Assembly: GCF_001194135.2 (NCBI RefSeq) | Contig: NC_068988.1 | Span: 51,702,833 to 51,766,832 of the forward strand | Source of the DNA: Octopus bimaculoides | Lineage: Eukaryota | DNA: 64,000 nt | Direction: 5' to 3' | Shown here: positions 1 to 13,919 of the stretch, one piece after another | Numbering within the stretch: position 1 is the first letter of the stretch | Layout: the number at the start of each line of letters is the position of its first letter | Made by a program: the position numbers and the translations under genes | Notes under the pieces: model-generated | The model's database searches: none | What the model was told of the DNA's origin: nothing | Seen by the model: the letters and a program-made list of their open reading frames with translations, nothing else

Positions 1-1239
1 ACACATATATACACATATATACATGCATACAGATATCTATACATATATACACTCACACACACACACATACACACAAACGCACACATTAGTCATTTGTTTT
101 TTTTTTATCCAAAACTACGTAAAAAGTACTGAATGGATCTTTATGAAATTTAGAAATTATATTCAATGCATAACGGCCATAACCACCATGAAAATTCATA
201 TATTTTTGATGTTGATGGAATTTTAACCATACAGATTACATACAAATAAAGTAATATTTCTAAAATTTCTTCTTAGAAGTCACAAAGCCCCCTTCATGGG
301 GACTTCACACCCACAATTACTCAGTTTTCCTAAGCAAAGACGAATACAGTTGTACTATTGGAACCTATAGGGTCACCCGAACATAACAGATGAGCATTAT
401 TTGTAATTCAACGGTACAACAGTGTAAGACTATCTTTTCAGATATACTTACATTGTGATTTCTGCAATGTGGTGCATAGATTGTCAAGAAAATGAGACGT
501 ACCTTTGCCTCCACTTTTTATTATCACTGGGTCACACATAGTCCCCAGTTGGTAACATTGATTTCAAGGCCTTCCCAGATGAGTGACTGGTTGTTCTAAG
601 ATATTTATTGATTGTAAATATTTTCTGCCCAGTTGCTTATCGCTATAGCGGTCATTTGCAAACTCCAGAGGCGACACTTTCATTTCCCTTTACTCCAAAC
701 GTCACACGTTGTTATTTCAATTGGGTCATGCCCTTCCAGTTGCTATAGATCCGTAATGCATCTTACAGCTGTGCCTGTCACCTGTATGGTGAGGAATCCT
801 ACATTGGGGAGTAATAACTACTACGCTCGGGTAGCCGACTGATTATCGTGATCATTCGTCTTTTGGTTTCCTGTAGCTTTACTCTCTTTTACAAACCCAG
901 TGAACATACATATATTTCCTATTTCAAAGAAATTCAAACAATACATATTACACCCAAGTTAAAAACATTCCCAACAATTCAACTTCTCTGCTTGACATTA
1001 ACACACCCACCCCCAATAGGGGCCTTAACTTCTACATTTTTCAGCTCCAAGAGCTCTGAAATTTTGGAATATGTGCATAAAGATTAATAGTATGGGATAC
1101 ATGTCTCATGATTAGAATTTTTTTAGGGTGTGTAAAGAGGGAAAGAACCCTCATGTGCAATTTTGATGAAATTCGAATCATATCTATTCCAGTTCCTTAC
1201 AGGAAATATAAGAGAAAAGTCTCATCCTTCAATTGCATG

Positions 1240-1271
1240 TAACACAGGCAACGCCGGGTATCTCTGCTAGT
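1240..1271 (+). mobile_element. Helitron/Helentron-like 3' terminus (the element may extend upstream over much of 80-1270)
   Basis: A GGC-AAC-GCCGGG hairpin remnant followed about 10 nt later by CTAG|T, the typical rolling-circle 3' end. Confidence 0.5.
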
Positions 1272-2021
1272 TATCTATATTTCCAAAGTGGTCAAAGTTG
1301 AACAATTTTTGAAAATAGGGAATTGGAAGATTTGATAGTGTTGAACAAAATACTTTGAGGTATTCAGTTACACCCTTTCACCTTCTGAGCTCAAATTCTG
1401 TTGTGATCAACTTTACGTTTTGCCCTTCTGTGGTTGATAAAATTGTCAAGTATTGAAGCTGATTTAATTTTCCTATAAAGCACCCAAGATGTGAATGGAA
1501 TGAAAATAAAAGATTCAAAGAAGAAGGAAAGGAATTTCACACAATTTCAGACATGCCCATTAAGGATGGATTACTTTCACAAGGTTCAGAAAGTATCTCA
1601 TATAAATATTTAGATTCTAAAGTGCCAGTCTGATACATAATATTTATTCACTGAAGCGGGATGGTAGATTGGTACCATCAGTAGAGAGATAGGCAAAATA
1701 CCTTGTGGCATTACTTGTATACCTTTATGGTCTGAGTTGAAAACTTACTGAGGCTACCTTCGCCTTTCATCCTAATTAACAGCTGAGTACTGACCTCAAT
1801 CTAACCAACTATGTATCATCCATCACCTTTGAAGTTTTTTTGCTTATGGAAATTATTATTATTATTTCATTGGGAGAGCGTGATAGATGGCTGATTCAGG
1901 AGATGATCAGACAAAATGGCTTGTGGTATCCAGTTACATCTCTGTGTAGCCTATTGGTTTGAATGTTGAGCTCACAACTGCAAAGTTATGTTTGATTCTA
2001 GGGCTGAGCAACATGTTATCA

Positions 2022-2340
2022 ACATCCTCATCATCATCATTATCATCTCCTTTAATGTCCGTTTTTCATGCTAGCATGGGTTGGACAGTTTGACCAGTGC
2101 TGGCAAGCCAGAGGGCTGCACCAGGTTCCAGTCTGATTTGGTTTGGTTTCTACAGCTGGATACCATTCCTAATGCCAACCACTTTACAGTGTGTGTTTGG
2201 TGTTTTTCACATGGCACCAGCATGAGTGCTTTTATATTGAACCAGTACAAGTGCCATTTATGTGACACCAGCACAGGACTCTTGCAGGACAATCCTCTCC
2301 ACTAGAGGGTTTGGTCTTAACACTTCTGCTGTGGAGGACA
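2022..2340 (-). mobile_element. Retroposon family B (RTE-type 3' tail ending in (GAT)n). Other copies at about 4735-4873(-), 7550-7630(-), 10325-10650(+), 35755-35985(-), 49205-49400(-)
   Basis: Recurrent catcatcat-tttaacgtccgttttccatgctggcatgggttggacggtttgac...tttctacagctggatgcccttcctaa module. The same tail is attached to the RTE ORF fragment at 22945-23350. Confidence 0.8.
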
Positions 2341-2765
2341 GGTCTAGTCCCTCTACTTTATATTACTCCAATTTACTCAAATGAAAAGGAGTACCAGTAA
2401 TTGTTATGGGGGTGGGGGTCATGCCTGCAATAGATTGGCACTCTAAAATTGCTGACCTTCTGCCAAACTTGGAAACAATATTTGGTGTGTCTATTGGCGG
2501 AGATAGTCTTTCAGAAACTGAGTTCAAGAGGCTGAATCATCAAAAGAGAGAAGGAAATGTTTTAGTTAAAAACCAATGACACATCCTTGTCATTGGCTTT
2601 CTTTCATCCTTTTTTTTTTAACAATAAGAAAGAGAAGGAGAGGAAGTACTTGTTGCTTTTACAGACCCACCCAAACTGAAGAGATTGATTGCGTTTCATG
2701 TTCATTTTGTTAGTAGGCAAATCATGGGCAAGAAGGGCAAGAAGCGACGGTTGTGGCATTAGCTG

Positions 2766-3090
2766 CAGAAGCAGCAGCAGTGGTAGCAGCAGCAGCAGCG
2801 GCAGCAGCAGCGGCAGCAGCAGCGGCAGCAGNNNNNNNNNNNNNNNNNNNNNNNNNNNNNNNNNNNNNNNNNNNNNNNNNNNNNNNNNNNNNNNNNNNNN
2901 NNNNNNNNNNNNNNNNNNNNNNNNNNNNNNNNNNNNNNNNNNNNNNNNNNNNNNNNNNNNNNNNNNNNNNNNNNNNNNNNNNNNNNNNNNNNNNNNNNNN
3001 NNNNNNNNNNNNNNNNNNNNNNNNNNNNNNNNNNNNNNNNNGTGGTGGTGGTGGTGGTGGTGGTGGTGGTAGTAGTAGTAGCAGCAGCAG
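2766..3090. repeat. (CAG/CGG)n and (GGT)n microsatellites flanking a 210-N gap (2832-3041)
   Basis: Read directly from the sequence. Confidence 0.95.
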
Positions 3091-3994
3091 ACCAAGGAGT
3101 GTTTCTTGCTCCATGCTTGAAATCTGTTTGTATTATAGCAGGGGTTGTCAGCTTCCCAGTCTTGACAAGATGGTCTTCCCTGCAGAAATGTTGTGGAAAA
3201 GAAAATGTGGTATAGCTCCAAACTACCAAGATACTACTTGGATACTTCATGTTCTAGAAAGTTCCTGAATAATCTGTAAAACGTCCAGAAGAAACTCACA
3301 ACCACATGTTTCATATTTTTCCTACTTAATTATGAATCATCGTTATTATTTAGTCTCAAGTCAGTTTTGATTGAACAGACTTATGATCAAGGTATACCAT
3401 CCATAAACATCCTGTCTTATTTACTGACACAATTCCTTTATCCAATGTCTCTTCTTTTCTCCATTTTTTGTTTAAGATTATAAGAACTGGTTTGAGGGAG
3501 AATTTAGTTGCTACTTCTAGTAGGCCAAATAACCACATAAGTCACCAAGGATAAGTTTTTATGATCACGTGACTACATTTAGTCTATCTTAAATGTCTTA
3601 ATCTACGAGAGAAACTCACTAACATGAGGAAAAGTGCAGGTGTATGAGACATCCTGGAAGGTGGCAATGGATATCATTTGTGACTGACGTATAAATAAAT
3701 ACATCCATTGATCAAAATATTCAGGCAGTTTTGAACTGAATAATCAATGACTCCAACAAAAACAACAACAACAACAATACCAGCCATACCCAAGAATATT
3801 AATAGATCAATCAATAATGTTTTTATATTTACATTGCTATTCACTGCATACATTTTCTCTTTCAATATTACTCCAGCTGTTTCAACTGGCACTTTTTACA
3901 TAGAGTCTATATGTAGCTGGATTCTGAATACCTGGGTTCTTTCTACATAGCTAGCTATATTATCTAAGTTTTGAATATTACTATCAATTGTAGG

Positions 3995-4200
3995 GCAGTG
4001 AGGTAGCATGCTGGGCTAAAGGCATAGTTGCATTTCACCTGTCTTTATGTTTTGAGTTCAAATTCTGCTAAGGTTGACTTTGCCTTTCATCCTTTTGGGG
4101 TCAATAAAATAAGTATCAGTTGAGCACTGGGGTTAGTGTAATTGACTTATCCCCTGCCCCCCAAATTGCCGGCCTTGTGCCAAAGTTTGAAACCAATATT
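3995..4200 (+). mobile_element. SINE family A copy. Others at about 4240-4445(+), 4873-5075(-), 10652-10800(+), 22420-22560(+), 41765-41980(-), 44513-44730(+), 45865-46000(+)
   Basis: Shared core gagttcaaattctgccgaggtcgactttgcctttcatcctttcggggtcgataaaataagtacc, with a B-box-like GAGTTCAAAT. Confidence 0.85.
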
Positions 4201-5559
4201 ACTATTCATTGTACTTTAAATTCAATTAGAGTGATTGCATAGAGGCCCAGTACATCAGATAAAATGCTTAGCAGTATTTTTTCAAGCTCTTTACATTCTA
4301 AGTTCAAATACTGCTGAAGTCAAACTTACTTTTCATTTTCTCAATGTTGATAAAATAAAGTCTCAGTCAAGCACTTGGGTCAATGTAATTTGACTACCCC
4401 TTCTCTTTAGAAATGCTGGTCTTGAACCAAAGTTTGAAACAATATTTGAAGTGGAGATAATCATTCAGGAACTGATCTTAAAAAGCTGAAAATATGTTGT
4501 TTTGAGGTTTGTTATAACATCAACAGTGAAGGCATATCACTTAGTAGCTAGGGTATTTGGCTCACAATCTCTGGGAGATTCAGTAAGACACACCATATGT
4601 GACAAGGCTGGCCCATTGAATTACAGGTATAAGTCACTTTTGCCGACTGAATGGACTTAAGTGTCTTGCTCTAGGACATGGACTCACGACCTTGCGATTG
4701 TGAGCCAAATACCCTAGCTACTAAGTGATATTCTTACATCATTTAACGTCCATTGTCAATGCTGGCATGGGTTGGACGGTTTAGCTGGGCTGGCACGCTG
4801 GAAGGCTGTGCCAGGGTCCAATCTGATTTGGCATGGTTTTCTACAGCTGGATGCCTTTCCTAACACCAACCACAATATTGATTTCAAATTTTGGCACAAG
4901 ATCAGCAGTTTTGGGGGCAGAGAATAAGTCAATTACATCAACCCCAGTGTTCAACTGGTACTTATTTTATCGACCCCAAAAGAATGGAAGGCAAAGTTGA
5001 CCTCAGCGGAATGTGAACTTAGAATGCAAAGACAGACGAAATGCCGCTAAGCATTTTGTTTGGTGTGCTAACTTACAGAGATACAATATCAATACTTCAT
5101 TTGTGTACAGCAGAAAATCTGTAGAATTTAATTGTTGGAAAACCTAGTTATCTAAGACAAACTTTCACATTGTGAAAATACCTAAAACCCATATCATGTT
5201 CCAGTTTTAATTTAATTTTTAATATCTCTGAGTTTTCCTTCCTCTATAGAAATTCACTTTGAGAAGAGAATGAGAGAGAGAGAGAGTGAGTGAGTGAATG
5301 AGTGAGTGAGTAAGTGAGGGGGAAGGAGAGATGAAAATGAAGTTAGATTCATCCAGTTCAAGTAACATCTGAGAAACTGAAGTTTTGTATAACACTATAT
5401 AAAATTACTCACAGATCAGCTGACTTTGGAGTAAAGTATTATTACACGTAATGTTAGAACAGAGTTGTTGTTGCTATAGTTTTCAATGAGTGAGGAGGAA
5501 ATTTTTATTTATTGATTTACTTTTTTTACCATGATGAGATAACATGGCTGAAGTGTTAT

Positions 5560-5810
5560 TTTAAGATAATTAGCATGTCTGAGTGCTAATTTACACCTGG
5601 GATGCTATTTTAGAATGGCTAACATGACTAGAGTCCTGATTAAGCAGATCTATAATCAAAGATATTTTAGCCTTGACCATTCCAATTCTTCAGACAGTGT
5701 ACTTTAGGTTATATTATCCAATATGTCATTTTTTGATTTTGTTTTCTTTTCTTAAGATGGTTATCTAAAATCTAGGAGAAAATTGACTGTTATTTTTAGC
5801 TGGCCAAGTG
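5560..5810 (+). repeat. Dispersed non-coding repeat family E. Further copies at about 16250-16440, 18380-18500, 21000-21160, 21900-22060, 27720-27810, 50380-50530, 52430-52610, 54900-55110, 56460-56620, 58200-58330, 58680-58830, 62230-62450
   Basis: Recurrent core ..acattatccaatgtgtc..taagatggtaggatgtgatttgagggagatttggctgctatttctagcaggtcaagc in both orientations. Confidence 0.65.
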
Positions 5811-6234
5811 ATCACATAGAGGTTCCCTTGCTGACTCATATATAGTGTAGGAAGATAGACAGGACTCATTGCAAAAATTAGGAGAAATGTGAAATCCTCA
5901 TATCTTCACTACAATTATGTGTTGAAATAGGTAAGATTTAGCATTAAATGTTATTGAATGTTACCAGATTCACATTTTCCATAATTTAGAGAAATTCCTA
6001 GAATCAAGAAGTCTTGAAGTAACTTTTACAAAGACCAAAGTTTTAATAAATAGGAAGAGAGACAATACCTTATTGTCATTAAGGAAATGGCTTGTTCAGT
6101 ATGCAAAAAAGGGGTAGATACAGTTGCCATATGGTACATTCATTGTACAAGATTTGCAATAAGATCAAATGCATAGGAAAATATTTAGTAGAATACACAT
6201 GGAATACACATGGAATAAACTGTCCCCAATGTTC

Positions 6235-6375
6235 AGAAGACTCACTTGAAATAGTTGAAATTCATTACCAAGGTGACCTTATTAGCTATAGAGGTGGGTG
6301 TTCTGGAAGCATGGTATCCAGAGTAAGAATGAGTTGGAAAAAGTTCAGTGAATTATAATCACAGTTGGCAAAAAA
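6235..6375 (+). mobile_element. RTE-clade LINE internal fragment
   Basis: The translation ...QGDLISYRGGCSGSMVSRVRMSWKKFSEL resembles the post-RT region of RTE ORFs (YLGD..S.GGGCS..V..R.R.AW.KF.EL). Confidence 0.65.
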
Positions 6376-6619
6376 AAAGACTTTGTTTTGGGGAGTGACG
6401 GACAATTCCGTGTTTCCATGTAAGTATATGTATTTATTTGTCTCTATGGTGTTAAAGGATATGCTGTATCTATTTGAGTGTTTATGCCTAGAAATGACGT
6501 CATTGTATTGCTTGGATTTCTATTTATACTGTTCTGGATGTTGAATTTTAGTGAGAAGTTGTTTTTGAACATAAACCCTGTAAGACGTAAAACTGAAAGA
6601 AGTGTATTGTGACAATGTC

Positions 6620-6985
6620 AGTAGTGGTTATGGTGTTGCAGGGGTGTGACAATGTAAGCAGTGGTGAAGGTGATGATGATGATGGTTGCGATAATGATAA
6701 AAGTGTGGTGGTGGTGGTGGTGGTGGTAGGGATAATGTTAGTATTGGAGTTAGTACAAAATTAGTAGTGTTGATAGTGGAGGTGGTACTGCTGGTGGTTG
6801 TGATAATGTTAGTAAAGGCAGTGGTTGTTTGCAACAACATTAGTTGTGGAGGTGGTGGTGGTAGTGACAATATTAGTTCTGGTAGCAATAGTGGTTATGC
6901 AAAAGATGGTAGTGGTGATCCTTCTCATGTTAGTGATGGTGGTTGTGACAATGTTAGTATTAGTAGCGGAGAAGATATGATCATT
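6620..6985. repeat. Degenerate (GGT/GAT/AGT)n trinucleotide low-complexity tract
   Basis: Read directly. It generates spurious poly-P/T/V/G ORFs. Confidence 0.85.
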
Positions 6986-7412
6986 GATGCTGTTCAGACT
7001 TAAGTTAATCTTGGCATTACAAACCAAGATCAAAAGCATTTGATCCATAATCATTCTCTCCTTTCCTCCAACTTATGTGACTACATTATCCAGTATGTCA
7101 TTACCTATCAATTTGACATTTGACATTTTTCATGTAATGTTAGTGTAACTTGTTTTCTTTTAGAATTATATGCCATTATGATGGGGCTGCTTTACATTAT
7201 TTTCAATACAAGAAAGTAGTCTGAAAAGAAATAGAATATACAATCAGTGGGAATTGTCATTAGTTAATCTACATCAATTATGCAATACCTAGATTAGTAT
7301 TTCAGTACAACACCTGACTAAGACAATTTAAACTGTCTCGCTGCAACTCTGCATCGAATATACAAATAAAACTTGAGTTATGAAAACGTCTAAGTTTCGA
7401 GGAAGTCCAATT

Positions 7413-8301
7413 TAGAGGAAGTCAAAGTTGATAGGAAGTTCAAATAAGAGGAGTTCTACTGTATATGTGTGTATGTCTTTGTGTCTGTGTTTGTCCCCTC
7501 GTCACTGCTTGACAACTGGTGTTGGTGTGTTACGAATAATAAAATATATTCATATATATCATCATCATCATCATCGTCATCATCATCATTTAACGTTCAC
7601 TTTCCATGTTGGCATGGGTTGGACGGTTTATATAGACATACATATATGAATATATATATATATATATANNNNNNNNNNNNNNNNNNNNNNNNNNNNNNNN
7701 NNNNNNNNNNNNNNNNNNNNNNNNNNNNNNNNNNNNNNNNNNNNNNNNNNNNNNNNNNNNNNNNNNNNNNNNNNNNNNNNNNNNNNNNNNNNNNNNNNNN
7801 NNNNNNNNNNNNNNNNNNNNNNNNNNNNNNNNNNNNNNNNNNNNNNNNNNNNNNNNNNNNNNNNNNNNNNNNNNNNNNNNNNNNNNNNNNNNNNNNNNNN
7901 NNNNNNNNNNNNNNNNNNNNNNNNNNNNNNNNNNNNNNNNNNNNNNNNNNNNNNNNNNNNNNNNNNNNNNNNNNNNNNNNNNNNNNNNNNNNNNNNNNNN
8001 NNNNNNNNNNNNNNNNNNNNNNNNNNNNNNNNNNNNNNNNNNNNNNNNNNNNNNNNNNNNNTAGAGGAAGTCAAAGTTGATAGGAAGTTCAAATAAGAGG
8101 AGTTCTACTGTATATGTGTGTATGTCTTTGTGTCTGTGTTTGTCCCCTCGTCACTGCTTGACAACTGGTGTTGGTGTGTTACGAATAATAAAATATATTC
8201 ATATATATCATCATCATCATCATCGTCATCATCATCATTTAACGTTCACTTTCCATGTTGGCATGGGTTGGACGGTTTATATAGACATACATATATGAAT
8301 A
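7413..8301. other. Identical 240-bp block on both sides of an N gap (7413-7652 = 8062-8301; gap 7669-8061), probably an assembly artefact
   Basis: The sequences are identical at offset 649 and diverge only at the (TA)n run. Confidence 0.85.
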
Positions 8302-8659
8302 CAAAAAAAGCACACTTTTTCTTATATTCATATTTTTGTGTAAATTCTATAGATATGGAATTGCAAATGTATATCCAATGATATTTCCATCTCACTGTAT
8401 GAAAACATTTGTTAGCTGATAACAGTTATGAGCTTTGTAAAGCAGACTACAAATGATGAAAATGATACATATACATATATATGTAGCATTTATTGTTGTA
8501 TATATGTATGTATGTATGTATGCATGTGTGTGTGTGTGTGTGTATTTATAAGTATCTCTCTCTCTATCCCTCCCATTGTCTGAGAAAGAAAGATAGGGAA
8601 TAGTGGTTAGAGAGGGTGTACACAATATAGGTGATGATAGGAGAGACAATTGAGTCTGG

Positions 8660-9000
8660 AGAGCTTGAGATGAAAGATCATCCAGTCAACCAGTTCTGAG
8701 GAGCAGAGGCCACAATAGTAGTAATAGAAAGGCAGAGTGAGGATAAGGTTCAAGCTAGGGTTAGTAAGTATGACTGCAGATCAGATGTTGGAGTACATCA
8801 GCCAAAGAGCAACTTGAGATTAAACAGTTGAGTGGCTTTTCTTTGAATGCAATCTAATATGTCATGCCACAGCAGTACCGTCCCACAAGTGGAACTGTCT
8901 GTATCCCAATGTTGGATTCACCTGAAATTTATGAAAGGTTAGTAGTTGTTGGGTTTGAAGCATTTTCTGAGTTTGAATAAGAAAGCCAGGTTTTATGATC
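8660..9000 (-). mobile_element. CR1-group LINE 3' fragment
   Basis: Broken translations HLWDGTA and FYYYYCGLCSSELV match the C-terminal part of the CR1/L2-group ORF2. Confidence 0.55.
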
Positions 9001-11299
9001 CAGCCTTTGCTATGTTAAGAATGTATGTTTGTTGGGAGAGATTTTCAGATTAACATTTGCATTGATCTATAACGATAAAAGTATTCACTAAGTCCTCTAT
9101 TTTCTAACTCGACAGGGTATTGTTTGAGGTAGATTTGTCAGCTATTTCTTGTGAGGTACCATTGTTGAATCATCTGTGTGTTGAACATAAAACTGACATA
9201 GAGCTAAACTACAGCAACAACATTCCAGCAACTACTCACTGGAAAGCAAAAGGGAAGATGACCACAATGATGATTACCATGATATTTCAAGGAATTATCT
9301 GAAACTTGAAGTTAAGTAAAATATTTAACTGATGACTGAATGAGGAGAGAGAGTCCTTTGTATTTGCTGTCTGTTTTTGCTCGTCTACACCAATCGTAAT
9401 TACTGTCTTTACAATAGTTAATTAATATATAAAATTCTGTTTTACTGAATGGTCTGTTTACAAATTGAAAAGGAATTCTACTAAGAAATAAGTCAATCGT
9501 AAGAACAGCTGCATTGTTACACTTTCCCTAAAAAAGAAAACAGAAATAAAAATAAATCTCCTTGGATTTGAATAACTTCTCATTTATTTCCACAGTACAA
9601 TTTCATGTCAATCACAAAAGGATTGGTTTTAAACTTCCTGAGTTCTGTGACAATCATAGAGTTGAAAAATAGTTTAGAGAAGAGAAAAAAATTCTGTTTA
9701 AATGTTTGTTTAAAATTTTTGAATTAAAAGCAAAACGAAAAAGAAAACTATTTACTGTTGGACAATAAAGTCTCTTATATTTATTTCTGTGGCTACACAA
9801 ACTGTAGTTAGTACTAACAATTAATTCTTTCTTCCTTATATAGGAACTATGTAACTATAACTGGCTAAGGAGAAGGTCTATCATATTATCAGATGAGGAG
9901 AGGTCAATGATTTTTATCTTGTTATATCTCGTGCTTATAGTCAAGTTTACTTCTTTCTGTGAGTGGTTATAAATAAGGTAATCTCTCGTTTTTAAGTATA
10001 CAGTAAGTGAAGGAAAAAATTCTTCAAAAGTCGGCATCAGCTAGTGAAGAAAACTCAGCTAAACAAATGAAACTAAAAGATTTAATTTTTCAGCATACCT
10101 CCACATGTGCCCCTCCACACCTGCTGGATGTTTTTCCTCATAACTTCCAGAAAAATGGATGTTTTGCAATGAAATTTTCTACAAATACATTTCAGATAGT
10201 GTTGATTCTGACCGTATCAGAATTTTTGTTGAAAACATTTTTCCAAGTGTTGGGTGGAAGGGTTTCAGAAAATTCCCGAGTCGGTTTTGTTTCCTCATAA
10301 CTTTCGGAAAAATGGGCATTTCTTTAATGGAATGTAAAAAAATATTCAAGCAAGGTCATTGCCAGTGCCGCTGGACTGACTCCTGTGCAGGTGGCACATA
10401 AAAAACACCATTTGAGCATAGCTGTTGCCAGTACTGCCTGACTAGCCCTCATGCCAGTGGCATGTAAAAGCACCCGCTACACTCTCAGAGTGGTTGGCAT
10501 TAGGAAGGGCATCCAGTTGTAGAAACTCTGCCCGATCAGATTGGAGCCTGGTGCAGCCATCTGGTTCGTCAGTCCTCAGTCAAATCGGTCAACCCATGCC
10601 AGCATGAAAAGCAGACGTTAAACAATGATGATGATGATGATGATGAGGATGTTCTGAGATGAAATTCTGCCGAGGTTGACTTTGCCTTTCATCCTTTTGG
10701 GGCTGATAAAATAAGTACCTGTTGAACATAGAGGTTGATGTAATTGACTTACCTAACCCCCACAAACTTGCTGGCCTTGTGCCAGAATTGGAAATCAGTA
10801 TTTGTTATAAGCGGTGTTAAAAAAACGTTTCTGCTTATCATGCAATACAGTTAGTTGTATTAGTGTCACATTCACTTATCTAAAAAGACAAGATGGCCGT
10901 TACTTATTTAACACATATAACCTGTTGTTGTTGGTATCCATAAGTCTATTTAAGTACAGTTGTAATAAATATGTTAAGGAAATTCCTAGTAGGAATTGAT
11001 TCATACATGATTATAACATTTATTTTCATAGCACTAGATGTATTTTTTTGTGAAGTCAACCATACAAATTTTGTGTTACAATTGCAGTAACCACCAGCAG
11101 AAAAAAAAATTGTTTTAGATGTAACATTCACTTTATCAAATTATGACAGATTTCTGCTTTTGTTATTTTGTTTCCTTGTACAGTTGCTAAGAGACAGCCT
11201 TGATATATGAGACAGCTTACACAAGTTGTAATTGACCATTGCAGTATTGCAAGCAAAACAAACTTATTTGCAAGAAATATTTTAATTCTTAGTATTACA

Positions 11300-11690
11300 C
11301 AGATGCGTGCATTGGTGTACATTAAGAAGCTTGCATTGCAACCACTTGATTTCAGGTTCAGTCTTAGTGTGTGACACTTTGGACAAGTGTCTTCTAGCCC
11401 CAGGCCAATCAATATCTTGTCAGTGAATTTGGTAGACAGAAACTATGATGAGGTCTGTTGTGTGTGTGTGTGTTTCTATGTTTATGAGTGTCTCCACTCC
11501 ACAACTTGACAACTGGCCCTGATTTGCTTATGTTTCTGTAACTTAGTGGTTTTGAAAAAATTAAACCAATGGAATAAGTACCAGATTTAAAAAAAAAAAT
11601 AAGCACTGGGGCTGGTGTTTTTCAACTAAACCCTGTAAGTGGTGTGCCTGCATGGCTACAGTCCAATTACTGAAGCATGTAAAAGGTAGG
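11300..11690 (+). mobile_element. SINE family C with a central (TG)n tract. Related pieces at about 12540-12600, 30330-30480, 33940-34545, 50270-50380
   Basis: tRNA-like head, ttggacaagtgtcttct...gaatttggtagacagaaact core, microsatellite, and a 3' catggc.acagtccaat.actgaa tail, repeated across the window. Confidence 0.75.
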
Positions 11691-13081
11691 GATAAATGCT
11701 AAAAGATTATTCATGTTTAACTGAATATTGATGATTGTACAGCAGATGTTGGTTGGATATCCAGTTTATGGTTTTCAGTTTTGTGACTGATGCAAACTTC
11801 AGAGATTTTTATTTTTCCTGCTGCTCTAGTTAACAGGTCAAGTACAATTATTTTTGCATTGTTCTAATAATGCAGCAGGAAGGCTTTCACATACCATCTG
11901 AGACTAGTAAGATTTCTGTGTTTGAGGATTTACAGAATGAATGTGCATAGAAGAGAATTACAGAGGATTGATTCACTGGGAAAGAAAATTGATAAAATGA
12001 TTGGTATGGTACCCAGCTCAAGAGAAATACATGTTGGATGAAGGAGACACAGGATTAGTAAGCTCTGAGGAGTGGAGACCATTACAGTAGTGATAAATAA
12101 GGAGACTGAAGAGATATTGTGTTTGAGACAGCTATGGTTTCTCATTGTCTTCCGCTGCTTTATTGACAATTTACTTTGTTGGTCTTCGGCTCTCTTGAGC
12201 TTATCCTTGAAGTACTAGACTTATTTAATGCTTAAGAAGGTGTACTGGTACATGTGACATCATAGTGTGCCAACATAGTGGTGGGTCTATGTGACACATG
12301 TTCAGGGCTTGGCACTTAGTTATTGGGTCATCTGCTATTTGGTACACAACTGTGGCTTTTGACAGGCGTTATCACCCAGGACCAGGGCATGCAAAACTAT
12401 AGACTTATTATGTATAAGGCTATAGGCTAACATTTAAAGGCTTAATAATAGGCAAATGTATAACCTTAACTATAAGCAAAATAGAAGTTAAGATATGTAC
12501 AAAACCACAGCAATGCACACACACATACATACATATATACATGTGTGAGTGGATTTGGTAGAAGGAAACTGAAAGAAGCCAGTCGTATATATATATATAT
12601 ATATATATATAGGTAAAGTAAATGTTAGAGGTAATACTTGACAATTGTAAGCACCTGTGTATGCCAGCTCGTGGTTGAGGTGAAAGAATAAATTGTAAAT
12701 GCAAAAATAAAAACAAAAACACAAAGGATGTATGTATGAATATAGGCATTCTTGGGGTATACTGGAAGAATGCCATGTATATATCTGTGCGTGCATCTTA
12801 ATCTTATTGGTTAAATTTCAAAATCATATGATAGGGTCTTATCAAATTACTTCATTCAGCAAATCTTATCTCGCTGGAGAAAGATGTGGCTTGCCGTTCA
12901 CAGTCCCTTTGAACATCTCATGAGGTTCGTGATTTTGTGTAGTTATATTTTTTAGCTCTTATTTCTAGCAATTGTAGGTGCTATTGACCTGTTGGCCTGA
13001 TAATTGATGAGGAGTTGGCACCCATCTATGCCTGTTTCTCAGTTGTTTGTACATTTATTATATGTTTTTTAACTCACTATG

Positions 13082-13085
13082 TCTA

Positions 13086-13155
<70 letters not shown>
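13082..13155. repeat. (TC)n(TA)n microsatellite. Other simple repeats at 1-80 (CA/TA), 5270-5315, 13790-13826 (AAT, next to gap 13827-13909), 46205-46265, 51445-51520, 61245-61285, 61625-61680, 62720-62770
   Basis: Read directly from the sequence. Confidence 0.95.
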
Positions 13156-13159
<4 letters not shown>

Positions 13160-13788
13160 CACACTTGATAATCTATTGTTTAATGTGATCATATACAAAT
13201 TGATATTCTACAAACAATATTTAACTTGTTAAAAATTTAGTCATTTGACTATTCAGGGTCTCAACTGCCTATCTTTCTCTATGTGTAAAAACATACATAC
13301 ATACATACGTACGTACATATTATGTGTTCAAATGGATATATGAGGTAAGATGAAAAGAAGACAGAGCAACAGATTGAGAGATGGGGAATGCTGCATAGCA
13401 AATATGAAACAATTCTTAGCCAATAGACCCAAATCAAGCACAGAATGTGCCCACAGATACATACATATAGATATATTCAATTAAAAATTAAAAGCAATGC
13501 TAGTGGTGTAAACATTATCAACTATACATGCTTAATCTATGTGTTTTACTTGTTCATCTGTTTGTGACTGGCAATTCAGTTTGTTCCCTGTTTGATTCAG
13601 GTATGTGATGTTGATAAGCCACAAAATGGTGAAATCTCAGTATCCATCACATCTGGAAGGGATTAGAAGTGAGTTGTCTTGCCTGACTATGACTTTTGGG
13701 TGTTTTAACACTCAGTGCTAAGAGGAAGTCATCTCCAAAGCATTGTAACTGCGAACAAGCAAAATGCATATATTGAGTATGTATGGTC

Positions 13789-13826
<38 letters not shown>

Positions 13827-13919
13827 NNNNNNNNNNNNNNNNNNNNNNNNNNNNNNNNNNNNNNNNNNNNNNNNNNNNNNNNNNNNNNNNNNNNNNNNNN
13901 NNNNNNNNNTATATATATA

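Noticed and set aside
633-842. 69-aa ORF with a hydrophobic start (LLIAIAVICKLQRR) after an AG, in a CpG-containing patch
   Set aside because: No recognisable homology or phase-compatible partner exon. It probably lies inside the Helitron-like element whose 3' end is at about 1270.
2604-3268. Long ORFs with poly-Ala/Ser/Leu/His/Gly
   Set aside because: They are produced by trinucleotide microsatellites and read through a 210-N gap.
7413-8301. Apparent tandem duplication giving two identical ORFs
   Set aside because: Identical blocks directly flank an N gap at a (TA)n run, the pattern of an unmerged contig overlap. The same applies to 61311-61624.
9855-10046. Minus-strand ORF MPTFEEFFPSLTVYLKTRDYL... 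after a pyrimidine-AG
   Set aside because: Only a weak donor, no recognisable domain and no linked exons.
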